A model generated the notes under the pieces. That model worked only from the letters and a program-made list of their open reading frames with translations, was not told where the DNA came from and did no database searches. A stretch of 51,639 nt of DNA from contig JARDZU010000001.1 in assembly GCA_029240695.1 (NCBI GenBank), positions 1-51,639 on the forward strand, read 5' to 3'. The translations under genes and the position numbers were made by a program. Positions within the stretch are counted from its first letter, which is position 1; every line of letters starts with the position of its first letter. This stretch comes from Acidimicrobiia bacterium. Lineage in GTDB: Bacteria > Actinomycetota > Acidimicrobiia > Spongiisociales > ZC4RG35. Positions 10,585 through 19,307 of this stretch are shown piece by piece.

Positions 10585-11489
10585 CCCGTACCACCGAGAG
10601 CCTCGGCGATCACGGCCATGCGCAGCGGAACACCGTTGGCAACTTGATCGAGGATGAGGGATCGCTCCCCATCGGCCACGGCATCGTCGATTTCGACCCC
10701 GCGGTTCATCGGCCCCGGGTGCATGACCACCGCAGCCGGCTTGAGCATCGACAACCGCTCCGCATTCATCCCGTAGCGCCGGGCATAACTCTGATCCGCC
10801 GGGATCGCCTGCGAGGCGCCCCGCTCGTTCTGTATCCGGAGCAGATACACCACATCGACGTCACCAAGCTCGTCGTCGAGCTCGGTGCTGACCCTGACAC
10901 CCCAGGGATTGTGGTTGGGGAGGAACGGCGTCGGCCCCACCAGGGTCAGCTTCACGCCAAGAGTCGGGAAGGCTTCGAGATGCCCGCGGGCGACCCGGCT
11001 ATTTCTGATGTCTCCGACTATGGCCATACGAAGCCCGTCGAGATGACCGAACTCCTGGCGCAAGGTCATGGCGTCGATGAGGGTCTGCGTGGGGTGCTCT
11101 CTCCTCCCTACGCCGGCGTTGATCACGGGACGCCCCGACCACTCAGCGGCCAGATCTGCCGCGTCGGCCAGCCAGTGGCGAACGACGAACAGGTCGGTAC
11201 CCATCGCGGTGAGTGTCAGGATCGTGTCCTTGAACGACTCGCCCTTCGTGGTCGAGGACAAATCCGGGCTGAGATCCATCACATGGGCACCCAGCCGGTG
11301 TGCCGCCCTATCGAAGGAGAGCCTCGTCCGGGTCGATGCCTCGAAGAAGGCAGTTGTGACCGTCGCTCCAGCGAGCTCGCTCGACACAAGGCTGCCGACG
11401 TAGCTCTGGGCACGATCGAGGAGACCCTCCAGACGATCCCGGCCCAGTCCCCTCAGGCTGACCAGGCCGTGCTGTGGTCCGGTGCTCAT
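10581..11489 (-). CDS. pyrB: Aspartate carbamoyltransferase catalytic subunit
   Basis: It is 302 aa with FFEASTRTRLSF, HPTQ and HPGPMNRG motifs. There is an ATGA overlap with pyrR. Confidence 0.95.
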   Translation of the reverse strand: MSTGPQHGLVSLRGLGRDRLEGLLDRAQSYVGSLVSSELAGATVTTAFFEASTRTRLSFDRAAHRLGAHVMDLSPDLSSTTKGESFKDTILTLTAMGTDLFVVRHWLADAADLAAEWSGRPVINAGVGRREHPTQTLIDAMTLRQEFGHLDGLRMAIVGDIRNSRVARGHLEAFPTLGVKLTLVGPTPFLPNHNPWGVRVSTELDDELGDVDVVYLLRIQNERGASQAIPADQSYARRYGMNAERLSMLKPAAVVMHPGPMNRGVEIDDAVADGERSLILDQVANGVPLRMAVIAEALGGTG

Positions 11490-12019
11490 GCCGCTCCGTT
11501 CCTCTCCACCCAGACGCCCTCGTCCTGGTCGACCGGGGGTATGCGCACACGCACGACCTCATCGTGGCTGGTGGGGAGGTTCTTGCCGACGTAGTCGGCT
11601 CTGATCGGGAGCTGGCGATGGCCGCGGTCGACCAGGACCGCCAGCTCGGTCTGCCGGGCCCGTCCGAGATCCGAGAGTGCGTCCAGAGCAGCGCGCACGG
11701 TCCGGCCGGTGTATAGGACGTCGTCGACCACGACCACGCTGCGGTCTGAGATGTCGGCGGGGATCTCGGTCACAGCTGCGCCATGGATCGGGCGCAGGGC
11801 ACGGTCATCGCGGTAGTCGGCGATGTCGAGCTCGCCGACCGGGACCTCTACGCCTTCGAACTCGGCAATGAGCTCACCGAGAAGACGGGCCAGGTGGACT
11901 CCACGGGTGTGGATGCCGACGATGACGACGGATTCCGCGCCGCGGTGACGCTCGAGGATCTCATGGGCGATGCGGCGAACGGCTCGCTGGATGTCCTGGC
12001 CGTTCATCACCTGAGGCAT
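11486..12019 (-). CDS. pyrR: Bifunctional pyr operon regulator / uracil phosphoribosyltransferase PyrR
   Basis: It contains RRIAHEILER.., the PRPP motif VVVVDDVLYTGRT, and LVDRGHRQLPIRADYVGKN. The start is uncertain: ATG at 12019 (track) or ATG at 12007 (see finding). Confidence 0.9.
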   Translation of the reverse strand: MPQVMNGQDIQRAVRRIAHEILERHRGAESVVIVGIHTRGVHLARLLGELIAEFEGVEVPVGELDIADYRDDRALRPIHGAAVTEIPADISDRSVVVVDDVLYTGRTVRAALDALSDLGRARQTELAVLVDRGHRQLPIRADYVGKNLPTSHDEVVRVRIPPVDQDEGVWVERNGAA

Positions 12020-12052
12020 CGGCTCGACGCCGATGGGACACTGCCCATCTCA

Positions 12053-12087
12053 CTCCTTCCCGGCCTCACCGGACCGTGTTTTAAAGG
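12053..12087 (-). promoter_or_regulatory. Putative PyrR-binding RNA hairpin in the pyrR leader
   Basis: The minus-strand RNA reads CCUUUAAAACACGGUCCGGUGAGGCCGGGAAGGAG. This resembles the PyrR binding-loop consensus (..UUUAA..GUCCAGAGAGGC..AAGG) known from Bacillus and Mycobacterium pyr leaders. It lies directly upstream of pyrR, and its 3' arm includes the Shine-Dalgarno sequence. Confidence 0.6.
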
Positions 12088-12153
12088 CGAGGCGACCTTA
12101 GCCCGGCGGTGCTTGTGACTCCAATCTTCGGGCTCGACCGGGTCGACGGTTGA

Positions 12154-12522
12154 TCAGCTTCGTGCCGACCGGGCCAACGATGCGAGCACTCCGTTGACGA
12201 AGGCACCGGATCGCTCCGTGGAGTAGGTCTTGGCCAGCCGCACCGCCTCCGATACGACCACCGCAGTTGGTGTCTCCGGTGTGTGACGCAGTTCAAAAAG
12301 GCCGAGACGGAGGATCGAGCGGTCGATAACCGGCATCCGGGCCACGCTCCAGTGCTCGGAAGCCGATTCGATCTCGTTGTCCAAACCCTCTTTGTGCTCG
12401 AGGACGCCACGAACGAGGATCCCGACCCTCCCGGTGAGGTCCTCGATGCCCGAGCTGTCACCCGTGATCTCGGCCTGATACAGGGACTGGAGTGCCAGGT
12501 CTCGAGGCTCGTCCTGGCTCAT
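12154..12522 (-). CDS. nusB: Transcription antitermination factor NusB
   Basis: It is 122 aa and contains RMPVIDRSILRLGLFEL...VSEAVRLAK.....FVNGVL. There is an ATGA overlap with efp. Confidence 0.9.
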   Translation of the reverse strand: MSQDEPRDLALQSLYQAEITGDSSGIEDLTGRVGILVRGVLEHKEGLDNEIESASEHWSVARMPVIDRSILRLGLFELRHTPETPTAVVVSEAVRLAKTYSTERSGAFVNGVLASLARSARS

Positions 12523-13076
12523 ACCCTGGTCAGGTATTCCCCCGAACGGGTATCGACCTTGACGCGATCGCCTTGCTCGACGAAGAGGGGGACCTGGATC
12601 TGGATCCCGGTCTGAAGGGTGACCGGCTTGGTGGCGCCGGTCCTTGTGTCCCCTTTGACAGCCGGCTCCGCATAGGTGACCTCGAGCTCGACCGCTGCAG
12701 GCAGCTCCACCGCGATCGGGGTGCCGCGATAGAGGGAGAGACTTACTGTCATTCCCTCGACCAGGTAGCCGGCCGCGCCACCGACGTCGTCGCCGCTGAG
12801 AGCAAGCTGGCCGTAGTCGTCGAGATTCATGAAGTGGAAGCCGAGATCGTCCCGATAGAGGTACTGGTGGTCCCGTCGCTCGATGATCGCCTGGTCGACG
12901 TTCTCGTCGGCCCTGAACGTGCGGTCCAGCACCTGGCCCGTCTCCAGGTTCTTTATCTTCATCCGGACGAAGGCCTTGCCCTTGCCCGGCTTGACGTGTT
13001 GGTACTCGACGATGCTGAACAGGCCGTCGCTCAACTGGAGCGCCATCCCCGGCTTGACGTCGTTGGTGCTGATCAT
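12519..13076 (-). CDS. efp: Elongation factor P
   Basis: It is 185 aa, begins MISTNDVKPGMAL....V.YQHVKPGKGKAFVRMKIKNL, and is typical EF-P throughout. Confidence 0.95.
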   Translation of the reverse strand: MISTNDVKPGMALQLSDGLFSIVEYQHVKPGKGKAFVRMKIKNLETGQVLDRTFRADENVDQAIIERRDHQYLYRDDLGFHFMNLDDYGQLALSGDDVGGAAGYLVEGMTVSLSLYRGTPIAVELPAAVELEVTYAEPAVKGDTRTGATKPVTLQTGIQIQVPLFVEQGDRVKVDTRSGEYLTRV

Positions 13077-13120
13077 GATGCCCGCAGTGTGGTCCGGCCC
13101 TCGCGAGAAGATAAACCGGA

Positions 13121-14146
13121 TCAGAGACCGACGGCGTCGAGGCCGATCGCGAGATCGGCGGCTTCGACGTGCTCGACGACGGGATCGGCTAGGGCCCGGA
13201 GGAGGACCATCCGCATCCCGCTCGAATCCCTCTTCTTGTCGTGACGAAGCAAGTCCTCGACCCGGGCCCGCTCCAGACCATCGACCCTGGTGGGGAGACC
13301 GAGCCCGGCGATGGCTCCGGACATCCTCTCCAAGCCCTGGAATCGGAGTCTCCTCTCTGAGATTCGGCCGGCGGCCACCATGCCAACAGCCACCGATTCG
13401 CCGTGGGACAGCGGCGAGGCATACTCGACGGCGTGGCCAATGGTGTGCCCGAAATTGAGGATCGCCCGCGAGCCCGAATCTCGTTCGTCCTCCCCCACCA
13501 CCCTGACCTTCACCGCGGCTGCCTTGGTGACGACTTCCTCGAGAGAGGCCTCCTCGCCTTCCTGCTCGAGCAGTTCGAACAGCTCCCTGTCACCCACGAG
13601 CCCGGTCTTGAGGGCTTCGGCCAGACCCTCTCGGCGAAGACTTGTCGGGAGGTCCTCCAGGATGGTCACATCGACGATCACCCTGGTCGGGTGCCAGAAG
13701 ACCCCTACCAGATTCTTACCCGCCAGGTTGACGCCGGTCTTTCCGCCAATGGCCGCGTCCACCGCGGCGAGGAGGGTCGTAGGCACATGTGCGGCTTCCA
13801 CTCCACGAAGCCAGGTACCGGCCACGAATCCGGCCAGATCGGATACCGACCCTCCACCGACACCGACGACGGTGTCGTGGCGACCCAGGCCGAATCGGGC
13901 GAGAGCTTCGTAGACCGATCCGGCGACAACGAGGGTCTTGGCCTCCTCCCTATCGGGGAGACCGATCACCTCGACCTGGAGGTCCTCGTCTCGCAATTGC
14001 CGCGCTACTTCGAGGGCGATGTGGGTGGCACCGGGTTGGGTGACGAGGGCCACCCGTTCGCGGTCGGATCGTGCCGGAAGGATCGGGTGGGGCAGGCCGC
14101 GCCCGACGACCAGCTCTGTCTTGCCTGCGACGATCAAAGCGTCCAA
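13121..14146 (-). CDS. aroB: 3-dehydroquinate synthase
   Basis: It contains GGGSVSDLAGFVA, GKN.VG.FWHP and NFGHTIGHA motifs. The track ORF extends to the GTG at 14227, which would overlap aroC by 77 nt. An in-frame TTG at 14146, just after the aroC stop, gives an N-terminus (LDALIVAGKTELVVG) that aligns with the start of E. coli AroB. Confidence 0.88.
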   Translation of the reverse strand: MDALIVAGKTELVVGRGLPHPILPARSDRERVALVTQPGATHIALEVARQLRDEDLQVEVIGLPDREEAKTLVVAGSVYEALARFGLGRHDTVVGVGGGSVSDLAGFVAGTWLRGVEAAHVPTTLLAAVDAAIGGKTGVNLAGKNLVGVFWHPTRVIVDVTILEDLPTSLRREGLAEALKTGLVGDRELFELLEQEGEEASLEEVVTKAAAVKVRVVGEDERDSGSRAILNFGHTIGHAVEYASPLSHGESVAVGMVAAGRISERRLRFQGLERMSGAIAGLGLPTRVDGLERARVEDLLRHDKKRDSSGMRMVLLRALADPVVEHVEAADLAIGLDAVGL

Positions 14147-14150
14147 GCCG

Positions 14151-15308
14151 TCAGCCTCCGGGTCGGCCGGAGAGGCCGGACCGATAGCGATCGGCGGCGG
14201 CGACGAATTCGTCGACCGTGTCGCCACCGAACTTTCTCTGGAACTCGGCAGCCAGGATGAAGGCGGTCATTTGCTCGCCGACCACACCGGCAGCGGGGAC
14301 GGCGCAGACATCGGATCGTTCCCGCACTGCGTCGGCGGGCTCTCCGGTCGTCATGTCGACGGTGCGCAGGGGTCGCATCAAGGTGGATATGGGCTTCATG
14401 GCTCCCCGCACCCGGATCGTCTCACCATTGCTGATTCCGCCCTCCGTGCCTCCGGCGCGGTTGGTTGGCCGAGTGAGTGCGCCATCGTCGAGCAGGATCT
14501 CGTCGTGTGACTTCGACCCGGGCAGTGCGGCTACTTCGAAGCCGTCCCCGATCTCGACACCTTTGATGGCCGGGATCGACATGATGGCCGTAGCGAGTAG
14601 AGCATCGAGGCGGCGGTCGTAGTGGACGTGGGATCCGATCCCCGGCGGCACTCCGAATCCGAGCACCTCGAACACGCCTCCCAGAGTGTCGCGTTGTTCT
14701 TTGGCATCTTCGATTGCCGAGATCATCGCTTGCTCGGCGGTTGGGTCCAGGCACCGAACCGGGCTGTCGTCAACCCGCTCCTGGTCGTCGGGGCCGGGTG
14801 TGGGCCCCTCGCTCGAAGCAGACCCGATCGCTACCACGTGGCTGAATACGCGCGCTCCCACCGTGGAGAGGAAGATCTTGGACAGGATCCCGGCCACGGT
14901 TCGAGCGGCGGTCTCCCGAGCGGAGGCACGTTCGAGGATGTCCCTTGCATCGTCGGTCCCGTACTTGAGCATGCCTGCCAGGTCTGCGTGTCCGGGCCGG
15001 GGGCGGGTCACTGTCTTCTTGGAGGCGGCGGGCTCCGGGCTCATCTCCTCGGCCCATCTCGGCCATTCGGTGTTGCGGATGAGAACCGCGACCGGTGAGC
15101 CCAGTGTCCGACCGTGCCTGATGCCGCCCAGGATCTCGATCTCGTCTCTCTCGATCGCCATGCGCTTGCCCCGCCCATAGCCCGTTCGCCGCCGCGCGAG
15201 CTCGTCGCTGATCTGCTCGGGTGTGACCTCGAGTCCGCGAGGGAGACCTTCCACGATCGTGACCAGCCCCGGCCCGTGGGACTCACCTGCGGTCATGAAG
15301 CGCAACAT
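14151..15308 (-). CDS. aroC: Chorismate synthase
   Basis: It begins MLRFMTAGESHGPGLV.IVEG.P.G, contains RPGHAD and is 385 aa long. Confidence 0.95.
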   Translation of the reverse strand: MLRFMTAGESHGPGLVTIVEGLPRGLEVTPEQISDELARRRTGYGRGKRMAIERDEIEILGGIRHGRTLGSPVAVLIRNTEWPRWAEEMSPEPAASKKTVTRPRPGHADLAGMLKYGTDDARDILERASARETAARTVAGILSKIFLSTVGARVFSHVVAIGSASSEGPTPGPDDQERVDDSPVRCLDPTAEQAMISAIEDAKEQRDTLGGVFEVLGFGVPPGIGSHVHYDRRLDALLATAIMSIPAIKGVEIGDGFEVAALPGSKSHDEILLDDGALTRPTNRAGGTEGGISNGETIRVRGAMKPISTLMRPLRTVDMTTGEPADAVRERSDVCAVPAAGVVGEQMTAFILAAEFQRKFGGDTVDEFVAAADRYRSGLSGRPGG

Positions 15309-15317
15309 GGCCAGATG

Positions 15318-16097
15318 CTACGTCGGGATCGGGATAGCTCCCAGCCCCACCAGAACGATGGCGACCCACGCTCCGAGGATCATCGGGGGCCCATAGGGGA
15401 CTTCGGCCCGCATCGCGTCACGAACGGTCATTTCGGCGCCTCCAGCCTTTCTCTGTCTCGATCGGCCGACCAACCCGGCAACCAGCACCCCGAGGGAGAG
15501 GACACCACCGATGAGCGCGGTCAGGAAGACACTCCACCCCAGCGTGCCCCAGGAGAGGTAGGCGCTGAACACCCCGAGCTGGGCGGATAGCTTCACGTCC
15601 CCGTAGCCGAACCCACGCCCTCTCACCAGCAAGAACATGAGGTTGGTGCCGGCGAAGTAGGCCAGGCCCCCGAGGACGGCCCTGACCCAGGCTCCTCCGC
15701 TGGCATCGGCCAGGGAAGCCACGCCGAGCGCCAAGACCAGAACGACCGTCCCACGGATGTTCAGACGATCGACGATTCGGAACGCATCGATGTCGGTGAT
15801 GCCGAGTGCGAGCGTGAGCCAGAGGAACCCGATATAAGGGATGAGTGCCCAAGCGGGCCCGATGGTGTTGGCGAAGCCAAAGGCGACTGCGATCCCCACT
15901 CCTATGAGCAGGATCTCCCTTCCAATTGGCCGGGCGCAGCTGGGGCAACGCGCCGCCAGCCATCCCTTTCGGGTGCCGCACTGTGGGCAGGTGCCCGTCA
16001 GCGGGCGCAGCGGGAGGTCGAGCAGCGCCTGAGCGGCCAGGTCGTGTGCGACAAGAGCCCCCAGAAACCCAAATGCTCCGGCGATGAAGTTGTTCAC
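15318..16097 (-). CDS. Prepilin (type IV leader) peptidase, A24 family
   Basis: A polytopic membrane protein of 259 aa. It has the N-terminal CPQCG...CPSC zinc motif and the Asp motifs ITDIDAF and GYGDVKL typical of PilD-like peptidases. Confidence 0.85.
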   Translation of the reverse strand: MNNFIAGAFGFLGALVAHDLAAQALLDLPLRPLTGTCPQCGTRKGWLAARCPSCARPIGREILLIGVGIAVAFGFANTIGPAWALIPYIGFLWLTLALGITDIDAFRIVDRLNIRGTVVLVLALGVASLADASGGAWVRAVLGGLAYFAGTNLMFLLVRGRGFGYGDVKLSAQLGVFSAYLSWGTLGWSVFLTALIGGVLSLGVLVAGLVGRSRQRKAGGAEMTVRDAMRAEVPYGPPMILGAWVAIVLVGLGAIPIPT

Positions 16098-16155
16098 CGC
16101 CGGAGCAAGTTAGTGGTCGGGATGGGGGCTGGGATCGTGGGGACGACCGCCGGGG

Positions 16156-17376
16156 TCAGCCTTCGTCGATCTCCTTGAGAACGGATCCCATGCGACGGCG
16201 TCGGAGTAGGCCGTGGCCCTCTTCCTCGACATCGGCCTTGCCGTTTACCTCGAGCTGGGAGAACACCTTCTCGAGGAACGCCTCAGTGTCGCCCTCGGCA
16301 TCGGGCTCGACCGGGGTTTCCAACGGCGCGGCCTCGGAGTATGACTCCTCCTGATCACCGCTGTCGGTAGCCAGGGCGAAGGCCTCGTCGCTGCCGGCGA
16401 AGGTCTCCTCTGACTCATCCGACGTGACAAAGTGTCCGAAGCGGCTCTCCCGGGCCTCCTCGATGATCGGCTCGAAACCCTCTTCCTCGGCTGGCTCGAA
16501 AGCCTCCGGTGAGGTGACCTCGAAGACGGGCTGGTCGGTGTCGACTTCGATCTCTGGGGAAGCCTCATCCTGTGGCTCGACCCACCAGGAATCTGCCTGG
16601 GCGGCCGGCTCCTCGATCGCTGAAGGCTGGGCCGGCTCGGGCGCCGGCTGCTCGGTCCAGGCCTCGCCCAGAACCAGCAGCTGACGCTCGGTGAGCTCGG
16701 CCGCGACCTTGGCGATCCAGAACTCGGTCGTACCGAGACGCTCGGCGATGGCGGCAACGGATGCCCCCGCGCCCAGCTCACAGAGCAGGCGCCAGGCCTC
16801 ACGGTTCAGATTGATCTCATCGAGATCACCGGCATCACGGTTCATCCGAATGGTGGCGTCGAGGTCGGCGATCGACTCATGGACCGAAGCCCACTCGTCG
16901 GCACGGCGGCGTGAATCATCCAGGGCTGCCTCCAACTCGAAGGGTCGAGGGCTCCCATAGGGAGTCACGGCGCCTTCGGTGACTTCGAATGTCGCACCCT
17001 TGACACCGAGGTGGTACAGGCTTTCGACCGTGATCTCACGGAGCAATTCGATGATGACCGACTCGCGATCGTGGAGATCGGAGAACGATGATTCACCGGA
17101 GACGACCTTGCGGAGGAAAACGTCGTCTACATATCCGGAGTTGACCAGATGCTTGTGCAGGTCGCGGTCCTCGGACGTAGTTGCCAGGGCGATGCCCTTC
17201 TTGGCCACGAAAACGCGTCCACGGATGTCCTCACCGCGCACCTCGACCGATCCACGCTGATCGGATCGCATCAAGAGTCGCAGCACCTCATCGAGAGGGA
17301 CAAAACCAAGATTTCCAGAAAGAGCCACTTGAACTACTCCTTGGCTTGAAGACTCAGCCACGAGATCGGCCGCCAT
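16156..17376 (-). CDS. DUF4388 (PATAN-like) domain protein with a putative HTH and an acidic disordered C-terminal tail
   Basis: From the ATG at 17376, 11 nt after the aroE stop, it reads MAADLVAESSSQGVVQVALSGNLGFVPLDEVLRLLMRSDQRGSVEVRGEDIRGRVFVAKKGIALA, a DUF4388-like pattern. The middle segment SVAAIAERLGTTEFWIAKVAAELTERQLLVL looks like an HTH. The last ~170 aa are rich in E, D and P. The track start at 17448 would overlap aroE by 61 nt. Confidence 0.7.
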   Translation of the reverse strand: MAADLVAESSSQGVVQVALSGNLGFVPLDEVLRLLMRSDQRGSVEVRGEDIRGRVFVAKKGIALATTSEDRDLHKHLVNSGYVDDVFLRKVVSGESSFSDLHDRESVIIELLREITVESLYHLGVKGATFEVTEGAVTPYGSPRPFELEAALDDSRRRADEWASVHESIADLDATIRMNRDAGDLDEINLNREAWRLLCELGAGASVAAIAERLGTTEFWIAKVAAELTERQLLVLGEAWTEQPAPEPAQPSAIEEPAAQADSWWVEPQDEASPEIEVDTDQPVFEVTSPEAFEPAEEEGFEPIIEEARESRFGHFVTSDESEETFAGSDEAFALATDSGDQEESYSEAAPLETPVEPDAEGDTEAFLEKVFSQLEVNGKADVEEEGHGLLRRRRMGSVLKEIDEG

Positions 17377-17387
17377 AGCCCCATTCT

Positions 17388-18173
17388 TTAGGCGTTTCTC
17401 GCTGCCCGAACCATGACTTCTATCGGAGCCGGCACCCCCGTCCACCATTCGAAGGACGCCGCCGCCTGCAGAACGAGAAATTCGACTCCGTCCATGAACG
17501 GCAACCCCGCCGCCCGGGCACCAGTCACGGTAAGGGTCTCGCCCGGCCCGTAGGGCAGATCGATGATGCCGGAGGCGGTCGTGGTGATTGCCTCGGGCAG
17601 TTGCTCCCCACCCATGCCCAGCGGTGTGGCATTCACCACCAATGCTCCGCTGACGCCGACACCGAGGGGGACCACTCCTGCCCCACTGCCGATCTTGTCG
17701 ATCAGGGCCGTGGCGCGTTGCATATCGCGGGCGGCCACGTACACCACTCGCGCGGCGGCTCCAATGATCGCCGCGGCCGCGGCACCGCCGGCGCCCAGGA
17801 TCAGGATCGGGGCCGATTGGTCGAATCGCTCATCTGAGAATGCCCGAGCCGATGCGACCACGTCGGTGCTGTGACCCTCGACAAGGCCGGATCGCGGTCG
17901 CAGGGTGTTGACCGAGCCGCTCGAAGCAGCTTCAACGGTCAGATCATCGGCCAACGCCGCCGCCTCCAACTTGAGGGGCATTGTGACGTTTGCCCCGTCG
18001 AGCGAGCCATTCCTGAGCTCCGCCACGACCTCGCCCAGTTCCCCACCTCTGACTCGTCTCGCCACATAAGAGCCATCGATGCCGAGATGGGCCATGGCCG
18101 CGCTATGGATGGCCGGCGAACGTGAATGCTGGATGGGGTCGCCGAGCACGGCGAGATGAACGGTGGATGGCAT
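17388..18173 (-). CDS. aroE: Shikimate dehydrogenase
   Basis: It is 261 aa and contains VLGDPIQHSRSPAIHSAA, ..NVTMPLK.. and the Rossmann motif ILGAGGAAAA. Confidence 0.88.
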   Translation of the reverse strand: MPSTVHLAVLGDPIQHSRSPAIHSAAMAHLGIDGSYVARRVRGGELGEVVAELRNGSLDGANVTMPLKLEAAALADDLTVEAASSGSVNTLRPRSGLVEGHSTDVVASARAFSDERFDQSAPILILGAGGAAAAAIIGAAARVVYVAARDMQRATALIDKIGSGAGVVPLGVGVSGALVVNATPLGMGGEQLPEAITTTASGIIDLPYGPGETLTVTGARAAGLPFMDGVEFLVLQAAASFEWWTGVPAPIEVMVRAARNA

Positions 18174-18203
18174 CGTCGCCAGTGTTGCAGCGACCGTCAG
18201 ACC

Positions 18204-19307
18204 CTAGGGAAGAACCCCGTCTTCTCGGGACTGGGCCACATTGGCGTTGTGCTCGTCGAGCGTGGCGGCGAATGCGTGGTGCCCTTCCAGGTCGGATAGG
18301 ACGTAGTACAGAAAGTCTGTTTGGGCGGGAGCCGCGGCAGCCTCCAGCGAGGCACGACTCGGCGTGGAGATTGGCGTGGGGGGGAGCCCGTTGACCAGGT
18401 ACGTGTTGTACGGCGAGTCCACCTCCCTGTCGAACTGCGCTGGATCGTCGGTGCCAAGGGCGTAGAGGACGGTGGCGTCGATGTCGAGTTTCATGCCCAT
18501 GTTCAAGCGGTTGTGGATCACGCTGGATACGGTCGGGCGCTCTTCGTCCAGCTGGGCCTCCGACTCGATCAGGGAAGCGATCTTCAATCCGTCGTACGGC
18601 GTCATCCCTGCGGACTCCAGGTTGGCCCAGTCGATGCTTCCGACCCGCTGCTCCATCGTCGAAGCGAGCCGTTGCAGAATGTCCACCGGCTCGGCCGAGC
18701 TGGCGAACTCATATGTATCCGGGAAGAGCAGCCCCTCCCAGTTGGCCAGGGTCGGCTCCGCCGGCATCTGGGCGAGGGATGTCTCCACGTCGCCATTCAG
18801 CAACGCCGCCTCGAAGTCGGCATATGGCAGGCCGGACGCCTCCGCAAGGGCGGTGAGGATCTCTTCCACCTTCAAACCCTCGATCACTGTGGCCCGGTAG
18901 ACATCAGCCACCGGCCCGACGACGAGCATGGCCACGACTTCGTTGGGGTCCATGACGGTCTGCATGCCGTAGGTCCCAGCCTGGAGTCGAGCATCCGCTT
19001 CGTTGTTGCGCACCGCAACCTCGAACTCGAGGGCAGAGCGAACCACCCCCTGGGCGGCAAGGATGGCGCCGATGTCCTCGGCGGTCGACCCCGATGGGAT
19101 CTCGATCGTCACGTCCTGCCCGGGCTGGACGGACACCGGGCTTGCCGAGGGGTCGTCGGAGTTGAAGGTGGAACCGACGAGACGACCAAGGTAGGAGCCC
19201 CCGCCGACTACGGCGACCCCGGCCAGGACCACCAGTCCGATGGTGGCGACGATCTTGCTCACGCGAATCCACGGAGAGGGCTGTTCTGGCGCAGGTTCGT
19301 ATGTCAT
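18204..19307 (-). CDS. mltG: Endolytic murein transglycosylase MltG (YceG family)
   Basis: It has an N-terminal TM segment and the YceG signature region WEGLLFPDTYEF...SLIESEA...VIHNRL...LDIDATVLY...SPYNTY...GLPPTPI. Confidence 0.9.
   Translation of the reverse strand: MTYEPAPEQPSPWIRVSKIVATIGLVVLAGVAVVGGGSYLGRLVGSTFNSDDPSASPVSVQPGQDVTIEIPSGSTAEDIGAILAAQGVVRSALEFEVAVRNNEADARLQAGTYGMQTVMDPNEVVAMLVVGPVADVYRATVIEGLKVEEILTALAEASGLPYADFEAALLNGDVETSLAQMPAEPTLANWEGLLFPDTYEFASSAEPVDILQRLASTMEQRVGSIDWANLESAGMTPYDGLKIASLIESEAQLDEERPTVSSVIHNRLNMGMKLDIDATVLYALGTDDPAQFDREVDSPYNTYLVNGLPPTPISTPSRASLEAAAAPAQTDFLYYVLSDLEGHHAFAATLDEHNANVAQSREDGVLP

Noticed and set aside
16200-16700. Apparent DNA repeats, for example GGCTCGAAA twice near 16470-16500.
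   Set aside because: They are short and imperfect and lie inside the acidic low-complexity coding tail of the DUF4388 protein (repeated FEP/EE motifs). This is a compositional effect, not a repeat element or CRISPR array.
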